DNA of 64,000 bases from Acidobacteriota bacterium (GTDB taxonomy: Bacteria; Acidobacteriota; UBA6911), in the NCBI GenBank assembly GCA_963664705.1, contig OY761556.1, positions 3,872,001-3,936,000 on the forward strand. Direction: 5' to 3'. The notes under the pieces were generated by a model, which did no database searches, had not been told where the DNA came from, and worked only from the letters and a program-made list of their open reading frames with translations. Of the stretch, positions 1 to 9,351 are shown piece by piece; within the stretch, counting starts at the first letter, position 1, and every line of letters starts with the position of its first letter. Position numbers and translations under genes: made by a program.

Positions 1-2
1 AT

Positions 3-644
3 AAAGGGCCGGTGGCGACACGCTTCCGGCAGCTTACGAGCCTCGCCCGCCTCCGCGGCGTCCGGTTCCTGTACGAAGGCACCGTCATGGATGGCGCCCC
101 CGTATTCAACCTGGTGCGGCAGACGCTGCCGGCAACGCGCATACGATCGCTTCGGGGCATTTTCAACAGCACAACCAACTATGTCCTCACCCAAATGGAA
201 CAGGGTACTTCCTTTGAGGCAGCGTTGGATTATGCCCGGGATGCAGGAATTGCCGAAGCAGACCCCAGCCTGGACCTAGAGGGGTGGGACTCGGCGGCCA
301 AACTCTCTATCCTGATACAGGCGATGATGGGAGGCAGCGTCAAGCCGAAGGACATCGAGCGGAGCATCATTACCGAGGAAACCGGTCGCATTGTTCGCGC
401 GGCAGTGCGTCGCGATCGGCGCCTGCGCCTGGTAGCACGAGCGTACCGACAGGGCGGCAGAGTCGTCGGCAAGGTCGAGCTGCAGGAACTGGAAATATTT
501 GATCCGCTCGCCGCAATACGAGGATTAAGCAACATTCTTATCCTCAACACCGACACGATGCGGGAACTTGCAATTGTGGAAAATAACCCGTCTGTTGATC
601 AGACCGCCTTCGCCCTGTTTTCGGATCTGATCTCCCTGCTCTGA
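3..644 (+). CDS. hom: homoserine dehydrogenase, 5'-truncated by window edge
   Basis: Frame is open from the window edge: (N)KGPVA...FLYEGTVMDGAPV, GIFNSTTNYVL, GIAEADPSLDLEGWDSAAKL; no C-terminal ACT domain. Confidence 0.9.
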   Translation, partial: KGPVATRFRQLTSLARLRGVRFLYEGTVMDGAPVFNLVRQTLPATRIRSLRGIFNSTTNYVLTQMEQGTSFEAALDYARDAGIAEADPSLDLEGWDSAAKLSILIQAMMGGSVKPKDIERSIITEETGRIVRAAVRRDRRLRLVARAYRQGGRVVGKVELQELEIFDPLAAIRGLSNILILNTDTMRELAIVENNPSVDQTAFALFSDLISLL

Positions 645-725
645 TTCCAGGAACCGTTTTCCCGCCCCTGCGTATTTGTAGTTCGTGCACGCGGTTTGGA
701 AGTATTGTGTCTCGACCTGCAAAGG

Positions 726-1295
726 ATGCGCTGCTTGGATGACAACGACGTAATACAGAGTATTCAGTCCGGCGATACGGAATCATTCGCGCTGCTCGTA
801 CGGAAATATCACGCGCAACTCCTGAATTTCATTTATCGACTGATGGGCAACGACCGTGTCGTGGAAGATCTCGGCCAGGACGTCTTTCTGAGCGTTTACA
901 GATCCATCCGGCATTTTGATATTCGACGCGGAGTCCCATTTTCCGCATGGCTTTTCATCACGGCCAGAAACCGGTGCATCAGCGAATTGAGAAAAAAGAA
1001 CCGTTCGGGCATTCCGATTGAGGATATGCCAAATCTCAAGTCGAACGGAAAAACTCCTGAACAGGCGGCGAGTGAAAAGGAACGGATTGCAGCCATCCGC
1101 GAAGCTCTTGCACATCTGCCCGATCCATACAGGCAGACACTTCTTCAAAGCATCCTCGGAGATTCGCCTGAAGAGATTGCATCGAGTCACAAAATTTCTC
1201 CTGGAACGGTAAAATCGAGATTATCCAGAGCCCGCGAAAGGCTGCGATTCCTGCTGCATACGCAGCCTGGAGGAAGAAATTATGACCATTTTTAG
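726..1295 (+). CDS. ECF (sigma-70 group 4) RNA polymerase sigma factor
   Basis: Region 2 EDLGQDVF...FSAWLFITARNRC; region 4 EEIA...GTVKSRLSRAR; start uncertain (696/726/735). Confidence 0.92.
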   Translation: MRCLDDNDVIQSIQSGDTESFALLVRKYHAQLLNFIYRLMGNDRVVEDLGQDVFLSVYRSIRHFDIRRGVPFSAWLFITARNRCISELRKKNRSGIPIEDMPNLKSNGKTPEQAASEKERIAAIREALAHLPDPYRQTLLQSILGDSPEEIASSHKISPGTVKSRLSRARERLRFLLHTQPGGRNYDHF

Positions 1296-1497
1296 CCCCT
1301 CCGGTGATTTCGTAAACCGGGTAATGAACAGCGTCCGCGCCTATGAATCCACGGCAATGCGCAGAGCGGATCGCATCCACGCACTCCTCTTTGCAAAGCC
1401 TGCGATAGTGACGCTGTCTGCGGCAGGACTCCTGCTGGGCATCTGGAATGGATTTCGGATCGCATTAATCCTTCTCTCCCCTTCCACGTGCCGGTAG
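1282..1497 (+). CDS. small membrane protein, putative anti-sigma factor
   Basis: Overlaps the ECF stop; RBS GGAGG; N-terminal PSGDFVNRVM resembles anti-sigma stubs; one hydrophobic helix. Confidence 0.6.
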   Translation: MTIFSPSGDFVNRVMNSVRAYESTAMRRADRIHALLFAKPAIVTLSAAGLLLGIWNGFRIALILLSPSTCR

Positions 1498-1548
1498 GGA
1501 ACCGTTTCACGGTTCCTGCGTATTGATCGCAAACACAAGGAGGAAACA

Positions 1549-2322
1549 ATGCAGCAGCGGAATGCGACCGGCAGAAGAAACAAGTGGCTTGCAACGATCA
1601 TGGGGCTGGCGATGCCGGGGCTGGGGCAGATCTACAACGGCGAATTGATCAAAGGCACAAGCTATTTCACCATTATCCTGGTCCTGCACTTCCTCGGGTT
1701 CCGATGGTCCGTGCTGCTTCCGGACAGGTGGGTGCTTGCCGGCGCCTTTTGCACGGTAACGGTCGTCATCGCCGTGTATATCGCGGCCATCATCGATGCC
1801 TACAAAAAAGCTTCGAGCGCAGGAGATGCCTTTCAACCCGCGGCATACAATCGCTGGTATTTTTATGTGGCAGCGTGGCTCCTCGGCTGGGTCCTTGCAA
1901 TGGGCGCAGTCATCGAGTATGTCCGAAATGACATTCTGGAAGCCTACGTCATCCCAAGCGGGAGTATGGAACCCACGGTAAAAAGAGGAGACCGCGTCCT
2001 GGCTGATAAGACAGCCTATCATCGCATGGCGCCCCATAAGGGCGACATTGCCATCCTGGTTTATCCCGACGACAGAAGCTTGAGATTTATAAAGCGGATT
2101 GGCGCCCTTCCCGGGGAAACGGTCACAATGGCCGATGGCCTGGATACCCAGGTCCCGCATGGCTTTGTTTATATGGTTGGAGATAACAGACAGAACAGCT
2201 ACGACAGCAGACAGTTCGGATTTGTGCCGTTGACGGATTTGGTCGGCAAAGTCCGGCAGGTGTACTTCTCTTCAGGTCCTGACGGCATCCGCTGGGAACG
2301 CATCGGAACAGTCGTTCGGTAA
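1549..2322 (+). CDS. lepB: signal peptidase I with multi-TM N-terminal extension
   Basis: IPSGSMEPT (catalytic Ser), FIKRIGALPGE (Lys), GDNRQNSYDSRQFG; N-terminal PGLGQIYNG plus TM helices; RBS AAGGAGG. Confidence 0.92.
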   Translation: MQQRNATGRRNKWLATIMGLAMPGLGQIYNGELIKGTSYFTIILVLHFLGFRWSVLLPDRWVLAGAFCTVTVVIAVYIAAIIDAYKKASSAGDAFQPAAYNRWYFYVAAWLLGWVLAMGAVIEYVRNDILEAYVIPSGSMEPTVKRGDRVLADKTAYHRMAPHKGDIAILVYPDDRSLRFIKRIGALPGETVTMADGLDTQVPHGFVYMVGDNRQNSYDSRQFGFVPLTDLVGKVRQVYFSSGPDGIRWERIGTVVR

Positions 2323-2323
2323 G

Positions 2324-2376
2324 GGTTCCAGATTTCAGGTTCCAGATTCCATTTACCGAAATCTGGAGCCTGAAAT
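2324..2376. repeat. inverted element built of 7-mer repeats; likely bidirectional terminator
   Basis: GGTTCCA-GATTTCA-GGTTCCA-GATTCCA; ATTTCAGGTTCCAGATT (2332-2348) pairs with AATCTGGAGCCTGAAAT (2360-2376) between convergent genes. Confidence 0.75.
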
Positions 2377-2385
2377 TCCGCGCAG

Positions 2386-3141
2386 CTATATTCCCCAGGC
2401 GCCGCCTACTTGAATATTCGCACCGTTTACATAGCAGGCCGCGTCGCTCAGCAGATACAGTACCGCGCCGGCAGCATCCTCTGCGGTTCCCATGTGGCCG
2501 GCAGGGATCCCCTTTATCGAGCGGGACACTTCCTCCAGCGGGATGTTTCCGGTATCGATGAATCCTGGAGATATGATATTGGCGGTAATTCCGTGCGGAG
2601 CCACTATTTTGGCAAGAGACCTCGTAAGAACAGCAACTCCGATCTTGGCAATATAGTGAGCCGTGACGTAGGGCTGCCCGACATGTTGGTCCGCATTCAC
2701 CATGCTGAAATGAACAATACGCCCCCATTTACGCTGGATCATTCCGGGCACGACAGCCCGGCTGAGATAAAAAGCCGGATGCAGATTATTATCAAACTCT
2801 GAATGCCAGGTTTCGAGGGTCTCTTCCATCAGGTGAATGCGATGATAGCGGCCTACGCAATTGACAAGCGCATCAATACGGCCGCACGCATCTTCGACCT
2901 GATGAACCAGCAATTCCGCACCCTTGGGAAGCGAAACGTCTGCCTGCAGGACCATGGCATTGGCACCAATGGCGTGAAGCTTGGCTTCAAATTCGGCCGC
3001 GGCATCGGCATTCGTTCGATAGCAGACCGCGACGGTCCAACCGCGCTGCGCGAGCTCAAGAGCAACAGCCCGGCCGATTCCACGGACACCGCCTGTGATT
3101 AAGGCAACGCGAGGGTTTTCGGGTTTCTCGATCTGAGCCAT
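2386..3141 (-). CDS. SDR family oxidoreductase (FabG-like)
   Basis: TGGVRGIG Rossmann motif, YIAK catalytic YxxK-like motif, ISPGFIDT; start reassigned to MAQIEK behind an AGAGAGG RBS. Confidence 0.9.
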   Translation of the reverse strand: MAQIEKPENPRVALITGGVRGIGRAVALELAQRGWTVAVCYRTNADAAAEFEAKLHAIGANAMVLQADVSLPKGAELLVHQVEDACGRIDALVNCVGRYHRIHLMEETLETWHSEFDNNLHPAFYLSRAVVPGMIQRKWGRIVHFSMVNADQHVGQPYVTAHYIAKIGVAVLTRSLAKIVAPHGITANIISPGFIDTGNIPLEEVSRSIKGIPAGHMGTAEDAAGAVLYLLSDAACYVNGANIQVGGAWGI

Positions 3142-3176
3142 GCCTCTCTCCCTGTCTGCTGAGAATTGTTTCCGGG

Positions 3177-4886
3177 CTACACATTGCCGGTATAGAGATA
3201 GCGCTTTATTTTTTTCGTCGTGGTTTTCTCGAGTTCCTCGAAGTGCACTGTAATTTTTGTTACTCGCTTGAATGATGCCAGCTTCTGGCAACGGTCCTTT
3301 ATTTCTTTCTGAAGGAGTTTCTCAATCTTCGCTTCATCCAGGCCGCCGAAGGCAGGATGCTCCCTGTCAGGAACAACAATCGCTTCAACGATCTCTTCAC
3401 CCGCTTCGTCAACGTGCCCGCATACGATGCACTCTGCAATACAGGGCGATTTAAGCAACTCGGCTTCGACCTCTTCAGGGTAGATCTTCTTTCCGGCCGG
3501 CGTGACAATGACAGACTTTTTTCGCCCTTGAATGTACAAAAATCCGGAATCATCTACGTAGCCAAGATCTCCCGTGTGCAGCCAGCCATCTTCCAGCGCT
3601 TCGCGCGTTGCATCGGGGTTGTTGTAATAGCCGATCATGATGTTGGGACCGCGAGCCAGGATCTCGCCATCCTCTGCAATCCCGACCTCGACGCTTGGAA
3701 GCGGCAGTCCGGCGGAATTATCCCGGAAAGCCCGATTTCTGTTAACCGTGATAATAGGGGCTGATTCGGTGAGACCATATCCCTGCAGGAACTCAATCCC
3801 CAGTTCTCTAAAGCCTCGTGCAACAGATGGATCGATGGCTGCGCCGCCGGAAATAAAAATGCGCAGACATCCTCCGAATCGGGCATGCAATTGCGAGAAG
3901 AGCTTGCGCCGGATGTTTATTCCCAGGAATCGCTCGGTAAAACCGGCCAGTCTCTTGGCAGCGTCCACCTTCCAAATTCCCTTCTCAGCCATTCCCGCTT
4001 CAATTTTCTTATAGATGGAATGCCAGAGGAGTGGAACTCCGAGCATTGCGGTGGTACGGGTTTCGGCCATGTTTTCGGCCAGGCGGCGCAGGTTTTCCGC
4101 GATAAAAATGGTAGCTCCCGCGGAAAGGGGCAACAGAAACCCGTCGGTGCACTCATAACTGTGATGGATTGGAAGAATGGAAAGAAACCGGTCATCGCCT
4201 CGAAGATCCACCCACTTCCTGGCATCCACAATATTGCAGGCGACATTTGCGTGCGTCAGCATCACTCCCTTCGGATTGCCCATGGTCCCGGAGGTAAAGA
4301 GAATCGAAAGAAGCTGCGCCGGATCAATCGATCCCTCTTCGAAGTCATTTTTTCCGGATGCCATCCGTGCCTGTCCCAGGGTTCTTAGCTCAGAAAATGG
4401 CATCACGCCTTCGCAGGGCGTGTTGTCCATGTTGATGATGCAGGCAAGGCCTGGGAGCCTGGAGCGCACAGCCTGGACGACAGCCAAATGTTTATCGTCA
4501 CAAATCAGCGCCTGAGCCCCGGAGAGATGCAGCAGGTTGTAGACTTCCGTTTCTCTCAGATCCTTATCGATGGGAATGCATACGATTCCAATACACGCAG
4601 CTGCAAGATAGCCGGCCGCCCATTCCGGCCGGTTATCGCCGACGATGGCAAGCTTTCCGGTTGAAGGTTGCAGGCCGAGCGCCGCAAGTCCGCAGGCAAT
4701 TCGCTCCACGTCATTCCGGAGTTCGTCGTAGGTGATTGGAATCCAACGTCCGTCCTTCTTGTATTGCAGAGCGACTCTTCTCTTATATCTCCGGGTGCTG
4801 TTTAAAAACAATTCCCGGACACTCGAGAATGGCTCAACATCATATGCGGGATAGATTCCCTTTTCTTTACCGGAGGTTTCTACCAT
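3177..4886 (-). CDS. long-chain fatty acid--CoA ligase
   Basis: FTSGTMGNPKG AMP-binding motif, QGYGLTES, WLHTGDLG, GRKK. Confidence 0.92.
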   Translation of the reverse strand: MVETSGKEKGIYPAYDVEPFSSVRELFLNSTRRYKRRVALQYKKDGRWIPITYDELRNDVERIACGLAALGLQPSTGKLAIVGDNRPEWAAGYLAAACIGIVCIPIDKDLRETEVYNLLHLSGAQALICDDKHLAVVQAVRSRLPGLACIINMDNTPCEGVMPFSELRTLGQARMASGKNDFEEGSIDPAQLLSILFTSGTMGNPKGVMLTHANVACNIVDARKWVDLRGDDRFLSILPIHHSYECTDGFLLPLSAGATIFIAENLRRLAENMAETRTTAMLGVPLLWHSIYKKIEAGMAEKGIWKVDAAKRLAGFTERFLGINIRRKLFSQLHARFGGCLRIFISGGAAIDPSVARGFRELGIEFLQGYGLTESAPIITVNRNRAFRDNSAGLPLPSVEVGIAEDGEILARGPNIMIGYYNNPDATREALEDGWLHTGDLGYVDDSGFLYIQGRKKSVIVTPAGKKIYPEEVEAELLKSPCIAECIVCGHVDEAGEEIVEAIVVPDREHPAFGGLDEAKIEKLLQKEIKDRCQKLASFKRVTKITVHFEELEKTTTKKIKRYLYTGNV

Positions 4887-4972
4887 AAGAAAATATATCG
4901 GACACCAGATCCCGGTTCCTGTATAGAATGGGGGGACGCTACATGCCTGACAAAGGCCTTGCTGTTATCCCT

Positions 4973-5629
4973 TCAATTCAGATTCGGGTTTTCAGGCTTG
5001 ATGTGCTCGAATTTACGAACAAGCACCAGCGTCTCGAGTTGCTGCTGCAGAATTGGGATCAGCAGATCACACCTCTGGAGCAGGTTTGGAATCTCCAGCA
5101 GAGCCTGTTTCTGTTCCGTATCCAGATTCAGCGTCATGGCCACCATATTGACAAGGGATTCAAAATCCAGCTGCGGCATCAATTCCACTGCCTGATGCTT
5201 TAACCCGGTGGCCAGTTCGGTAAATTTGGCAAACATGCCACTCAGTTGATTCTGCCGGTTCAGAATCTCCAGGGCGTTCTCGCTTTCGACTCCGTCATCG
5301 AGCATTTCGATTTCGACCAGCCTGTAGGGGGAGTGTTGAATTTCGCGAACAATCCGGACGCGATGAACTCCGACCACAACGATGTTGTATTTGCCGTCCT
5401 CAAGCTCCTCGCAGGTTTCAATTCTGCCAAGGCAGGCAATGTCGTGCACCGCAGCAACGGAGGAATAGCCGGACTCCGGACCGGATTGCAATAATCCAAT
5501 GACTAATTCTTTGTTCCCGGCCAGGACTTCACGGATCATAGTCCGGTAGCGCTCCTCAAAGATATAGAGAGGCACCGGTGTTTTAGGAAACAATACAACA
5601 TTCGGCAAAGGAAATAGTGCGACAATCAT
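4973..5629 (-). CDS. LON substrate-binding domain protein (no protease domain)
   Basis: LFPLPNVVLFP...PLYIFEERYRTM; EQKQALLE. Confidence 0.9.
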   Translation of the reverse strand: MIVALFPLPNVVLFPKTPVPLYIFEERYRTMIREVLAGNKELVIGLLQSGPESGYSSVAAVHDIACLGRIETCEELEDGKYNIVVVGVHRVRIVREIQHSPYRLVEIEMLDDGVESENALEILNRQNQLSGMFAKFTELATGLKHQAVELMPQLDFESLVNMVAMTLNLDTEQKQALLEIPNLLQRCDLLIPILQQQLETLVLVRKFEHIKPENPNLN

Positions 5630-5734
5630 TTCGCTTCGATATTATGCTGGGATTGCCCCGGCGTCAACAAAGCAGTCGCAAGTCTCCCCTTATATCGGTC
5701 CCTATAGGCAATGCCCCGTTCCTACCGACAACGA

Positions 5735-5755
5735 ACGGCTGACGATTGATGACTG
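5735..5755. repeat. degenerate 7-mer tandem arm
   Basis: ACGGCTG-ACGATTG-ATGACTG upstream of proline dehydrogenase; only a weak possible partner near 5673-5686. Confidence 0.4.
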
Positions 5756-5791
5756 TTTTCTGATACAATCCAAACACTTGGAGGAACCCTC

Positions 5792-6703
5792 GTGCTGCGT
5801 ACATTCCTGCTCTTCCTTGCACATAAAGAAGGGTTTAAGAATTTTGCTCTCAAATTCAAGTTCTTCCGGAACACAGCATCCCGCTTTGTTGCAGGCGAAA
5901 CCTTGGATGCAGCCATCGCGGCTGTCCGCCAGGTCAACGCTCAAAACATAGCCGGAACCCTGGATCTTCTCGGCGAAAACACTCTTACGCGGGAAGATGC
6001 TCTGGCAGCCTGCCGGGATGTCATGGAAATCCTGAACAGAATCCGCGACGAAAAAGTGGATTGCAATGTATCGGTCAAACTGACTCAACTTGGGTTGGCA
6101 CTGGATCCGGAATTCGCGCATCAAAACCTGCTCCAGGTTGTCCGGCGCGCACGCGAAACGGGGAGCTTTATCCGTGTTGATATGGAAGATAGTCCATACA
6201 CCCAAATAACGCTGGATCTTGTCAGGAAGGTGCACGAACAGTTGGATAACGTGGGGACGGTCATTCAGGCATATCTTTATCGCAGCGGGAAGGACATCCG
6301 TGACCTTATTCGGGAAGGCATCCGCGTCCGTCTCGTGAAAGGAGCCTACCTGGAACCGGAAACCATCGCTTTTCGAAAAAAGCAGGAAACGGACGCCAAT
6401 TTCGTACAACTCATGCAGCAACTGCTCCAGGCCAAGACCTATAATGCAATCGCGACACACGATGAGGCCATTATCCAGTCGACGGAGAAATTCGCTCGGA
6501 CTCAAAATATCCCGAAGGACCGTTTTGAATTCCAGATGCTGTACGGTATCCGCAGGGATTTGCAGGCCAGGTTGGCTCAGGAAGGATACAGAGTCCGAAT
6601 CTATATTCCCTTCGGTCAGCGGTGGTATCCTTATTTCATGAGACGACTCGCTGAACGACCGGCCAACGTGCTGTTTATTCTCCGAAACATCTTGAAGGAC
6701 TAG
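5792..6703 (+). CDS. monofunctional proline dehydrogenase
   Basis: RFVAGET, LDLLGE, SVKLTQLG, RVDMED, RLVKGAY, IATHD, FQMLYG, YFMRRLAERPAN. Confidence 0.95.
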   Translation: MLRTFLLFLAHKEGFKNFALKFKFFRNTASRFVAGETLDAAIAAVRQVNAQNIAGTLDLLGENTLTREDALAACRDVMEILNRIRDEKVDCNVSVKLTQLGLALDPEFAHQNLLQVVRRARETGSFIRVDMEDSPYTQITLDLVRKVHEQLDNVGTVIQAYLYRSGKDIRDLIREGIRVRLVKGAYLEPETIAFRKKQETDANFVQLMQQLLQAKTYNAIATHDEAIIQSTEKFARTQNIPKDRFEFQMLYGIRRDLQARLAQEGYRVRIYIPFGQRWYPYFMRRLAERPANVLFILRNILKD

Positions 6704-6776
6704 ACGCGTATCCGGGAATTAGGCTCACAGGAATGCTCAAAGCATGACTTTATTATCCGGTGATTCGAGGAAAGAA

Positions 6777-7205
6777 ATGGAAGATCCGATCGCTGTCTGC
6801 CCGCAATGCGGGGCAAAAAACAGGCTTCACGCCGCCCAGCCCGACCAGCTTCCGATTTGCGGGAAATGCAAGGGTTCGCTCCCGTGGATTGTGGCCGGCA
6901 CCGACATCAGCTTTAAAAAAGACCTGGAAACATCTACGCCTGTGCTTGTGGATTTCTGGGCCGAGTGGTGTGCCCCATGCCGAATGACGACTCCTGTTCT
7001 GGAGGAACTGGCAAAAGATAAGGCCGGTCAGATAAAAATTGTAAAAATCAATGTGGATCAGAATCCGACGATATCGCAGCAGTTTAACATCCGCAGCATT
7101 CCGACTCTGATTTTATTTAAGGAGGGGCACCCGGTCGAAACGCTCGTAGGAGCTATGTCGAAAAATGCGCTTCTGGAGCGCCTCCAGCATCATCTGGAGG
7201 CGTAA
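6777..7205 (+). CDS. trxC: thioredoxin 2 with N-terminal zinc finger
   Basis: CPQC...CGKC zinc ribbon and VDFWAEWCAPC active site. Confidence 0.92.
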   Translation: MEDPIAVCPQCGAKNRLHAAQPDQLPICGKCKGSLPWIVAGTDISFKKDLETSTPVLVDFWAEWCAPCRMTTPVLEELAKDKAGQIKIVKINVDQNPTISQQFNIRSIPTLILFKEGHPVETLVGAMSKNALLERLQHHLEA

Positions 7206-7211
7206 AGCTTT

Positions 7212-7243
7212 GCTTGCCGGGAGCGGCATCGCTCCCGGTAAGC
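7212..7243. terminator. hairpin between convergent trxC and lysA
   Basis: GCTTGCCGGGAGCG-GCAT-CGCTCCCGGTAAGC. Confidence 0.65.
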
Positions 7244-7267
7244 CTCAGGCGGTTCAAATGTTTCGCG

Positions 7268-8536
7268 TTATCTCGCCGCTTGCTTGATAAATCCCGGCAC
7301 GGACTCCTTGCGGATCAGATCTTCCCAGGATTCTCTCTCGCGGGTCACATAAAATTTGTCGCCGTCAACAAGCACTTCCGCAGCGCGTCCCCGCATGTTG
7401 TAATTCGAGGACATGGAGAATCCGTATGCCCCGGCACTCATGACCGCCAGCAATTCACCCTGGCGCATCTCGGGCAGAGCGCGTTCCCGGGCAATGAAAT
7501 CAGAGGATTCGCAAATCGGGCCGACGACATCGACGGTGCGCGACTCGCGCTGCTTCTTCTCAACCGGTTGAATCGCGTGGTAGGAGCCGTACAGACTTGG
7601 GCGCACCAGATCATTCATCCCGGCATCGACAATAATGAACTCCTTGGCTTCGGTCTTTTTCGTATATAGAACCTTGGTCAACAGCATTCCGGCATTCCCC
7701 ACGATGACGCGGCCAGGTTCCAGTATGAGCGTGCAGGACAGATCGCGGAGTTCGCTTACGACGGCCTCTGCATACTCGCGTGGATGCGGCGGCGCCTCTT
7801 CATTGTAGGAAATACCCAATCCACCGCCGAGATCGAGGTACTGTATGCCTATCCCCTGTTGCCCCAGGCGCGCTACGAGCAGTTTCAGTCGGTTCAGAGC
7901 CTCGATAAACGGAGAAATTTCGGTCAACTGACTTCCAATGTGACAGTCAATGCCAAGAATCTCGATATGGTCGAGTTCGTTTGCCATCTGGTAGGCAACC
8001 AATGCCTGTTCGATATCGATTCCGAATTTGTTCTTTTTGAGCCCGGTAGAAATATAGGGGTGCGTTTTGGGATCAACATCCGGGTTGACGCGCAAGGATA
8101 TCCTGGCCGTCCGGCCCATCAGCGCAGCGCGGGCATTAATCGCCTCGAGTTCCTGAGTGGATTCGATGTTGAACATCAGGATGTCTTCGCGCAAAGCGTA
8201 GTCGATCTCGGCTTCTGTTTTCCCTACTCCGGAATAGACGATACGATTCGCGGGAATACCCGCCTGACGCGCTTTAAACAGCTCGCCGCCGGACACGATA
8301 TCGGCTCCACCGCCGAGAGAAGCAAACAATCCGAGGATTGCCAGATTCGCATTTGCCTTGACCGAGTAGCAGGTCAGGTGCGGCATACCCTGGAAGGCCC
8401 CGTCGAAAACCGTAAAGTGCTGCTTCAATGTCGCACTGCTATATATATAGGAAGGGGTTCCCACCTTCGCTGCAATGTCACGAATTGGAACATTCTCGCA
8501 ATAGAGTTCATCGCCCTGATACTGAAAATGGTGCAT
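7268..8536 (-). CDS. lysA: diaminopimelate decarboxylase
   Basis: YSVKAN (PLP Lys), DIVSGGE, HIGSQ, LGGGLG, EPGR, GPICES, GAYG; start MHHFQY. Confidence 0.97.
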   Translation of the reverse strand: MHHFQYQGDELYCENVPIRDIAAKVGTPSYIYSSATLKQHFTVFDGAFQGMPHLTCYSVKANANLAILGLFASLGGGADIVSGGELFKARQAGIPANRIVYSGVGKTEAEIDYALREDILMFNIESTQELEAINARAALMGRTARISLRVNPDVDPKTHPYISTGLKKNKFGIDIEQALVAYQMANELDHIEILGIDCHIGSQLTEISPFIEALNRLKLLVARLGQQGIGIQYLDLGGGLGISYNEEAPPHPREYAEAVVSELRDLSCTLILEPGRVIVGNAGMLLTKVLYTKKTEAKEFIIVDAGMNDLVRPSLYGSYHAIQPVEKKQRESRTVDVVGPICESSDFIARERALPEMRQGELLAVMSAGAYGFSMSSNYNMRGRAAEVLVDGDKFYVTRERESWEDLIRKESVPGFIKQAAR

Positions 8537-8744
8537 TTCGCCGCTCTCTTTCTCTTCATTGACGCTAAACTTTGTACTTATAAGATAACTGGATATCCGG
8601 CACAAGAGGAAATGCTGAATGAGATGGCGGCGCACCTGCTAAACTGTCCGAAGAGATTCTTTAGGCCATCGGCTCTTCAAGGTTATTCTTGGCATGATCG
8701 AGTGATATAGTTTGACTGCATTCATTGAAAATTAGAGGAGGCAC

Positions 8745-9257
8745 ATGGGTACACGAGGCAGAGAAATAGTTGGAATGGATGTAGATGAACTGCTGAAGCT
8801 TTTGAACGGAGCCTTTGCCAGTGAATGGCTTGCCTACTATCAATACTGGCTCGGAGCCAAGGTGATTAAAGGCCCGATGAAGGATGCGGTGGCGGCAGAA
8901 TTGAATCTCCATGCCACGGAGGAACTCGCGCATGCAACTCTGCTGGCAACCCGCATTGTGCAGCTTGGCGGCATGCCGGCAGCCACGCCTCAACAGTGGT
9001 TCAATCTGAGCCCGTGTGCTTACGATGCCCCCGAAGATCCGTATGTATCGGTTCTGCTTGCACAGAACATCGCGGGAGAACAATGCGCCATCACAACCTA
9101 CAAAAACCTGATGGACGTCACAAAGGATAAAGATATGGTGACGTACAATATGGCGCTGACAATTCTCGAGCAGGAAGTCGAGCACGAGGAAGACCTGCAA
9201 AGTCTGCAGGAAGATCTGGAACTCATGGTGGGACGAGGATTGAACACCAAGGCATAG
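8745..9257 (+). CDS. ferritin-like Dps-like (DpsL) protein
   Basis: EWLAYYQY, HATEELAHA, RIVQLGG, GEQCAI, EVEHEEDL di-iron ligands; RBS AGGAGG. Confidence 0.88.
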   Translation: MGTRGREIVGMDVDELLKLLNGAFASEWLAYYQYWLGAKVIKGPMKDAVAAELNLHATEELAHATLLATRIVQLGGMPAATPQQWFNLSPCAYDAPEDPYVSVLLAQNIAGEQCAITTYKNLMDVTKDKDMVTYNMALTILEQEVEHEEDLQSLQEDLELMVGRGLNTKA

Positions 9258-9351
9258 GGAAACCCTGATAATCCATATTCCGGGATGCGGACAGCATCCT
9301 TTCGCGAAAGCTGCAAGACGCAGTCTGGCTTGCAGCCGGCGCCTTCAAAAG

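Noticed and set aside
7784-8710. 308-aa ORF (likewise 5702-6505, 18557-19528, 36527-37435)
   Set aside because: All lie antisense to well-supported genes and lack motifs
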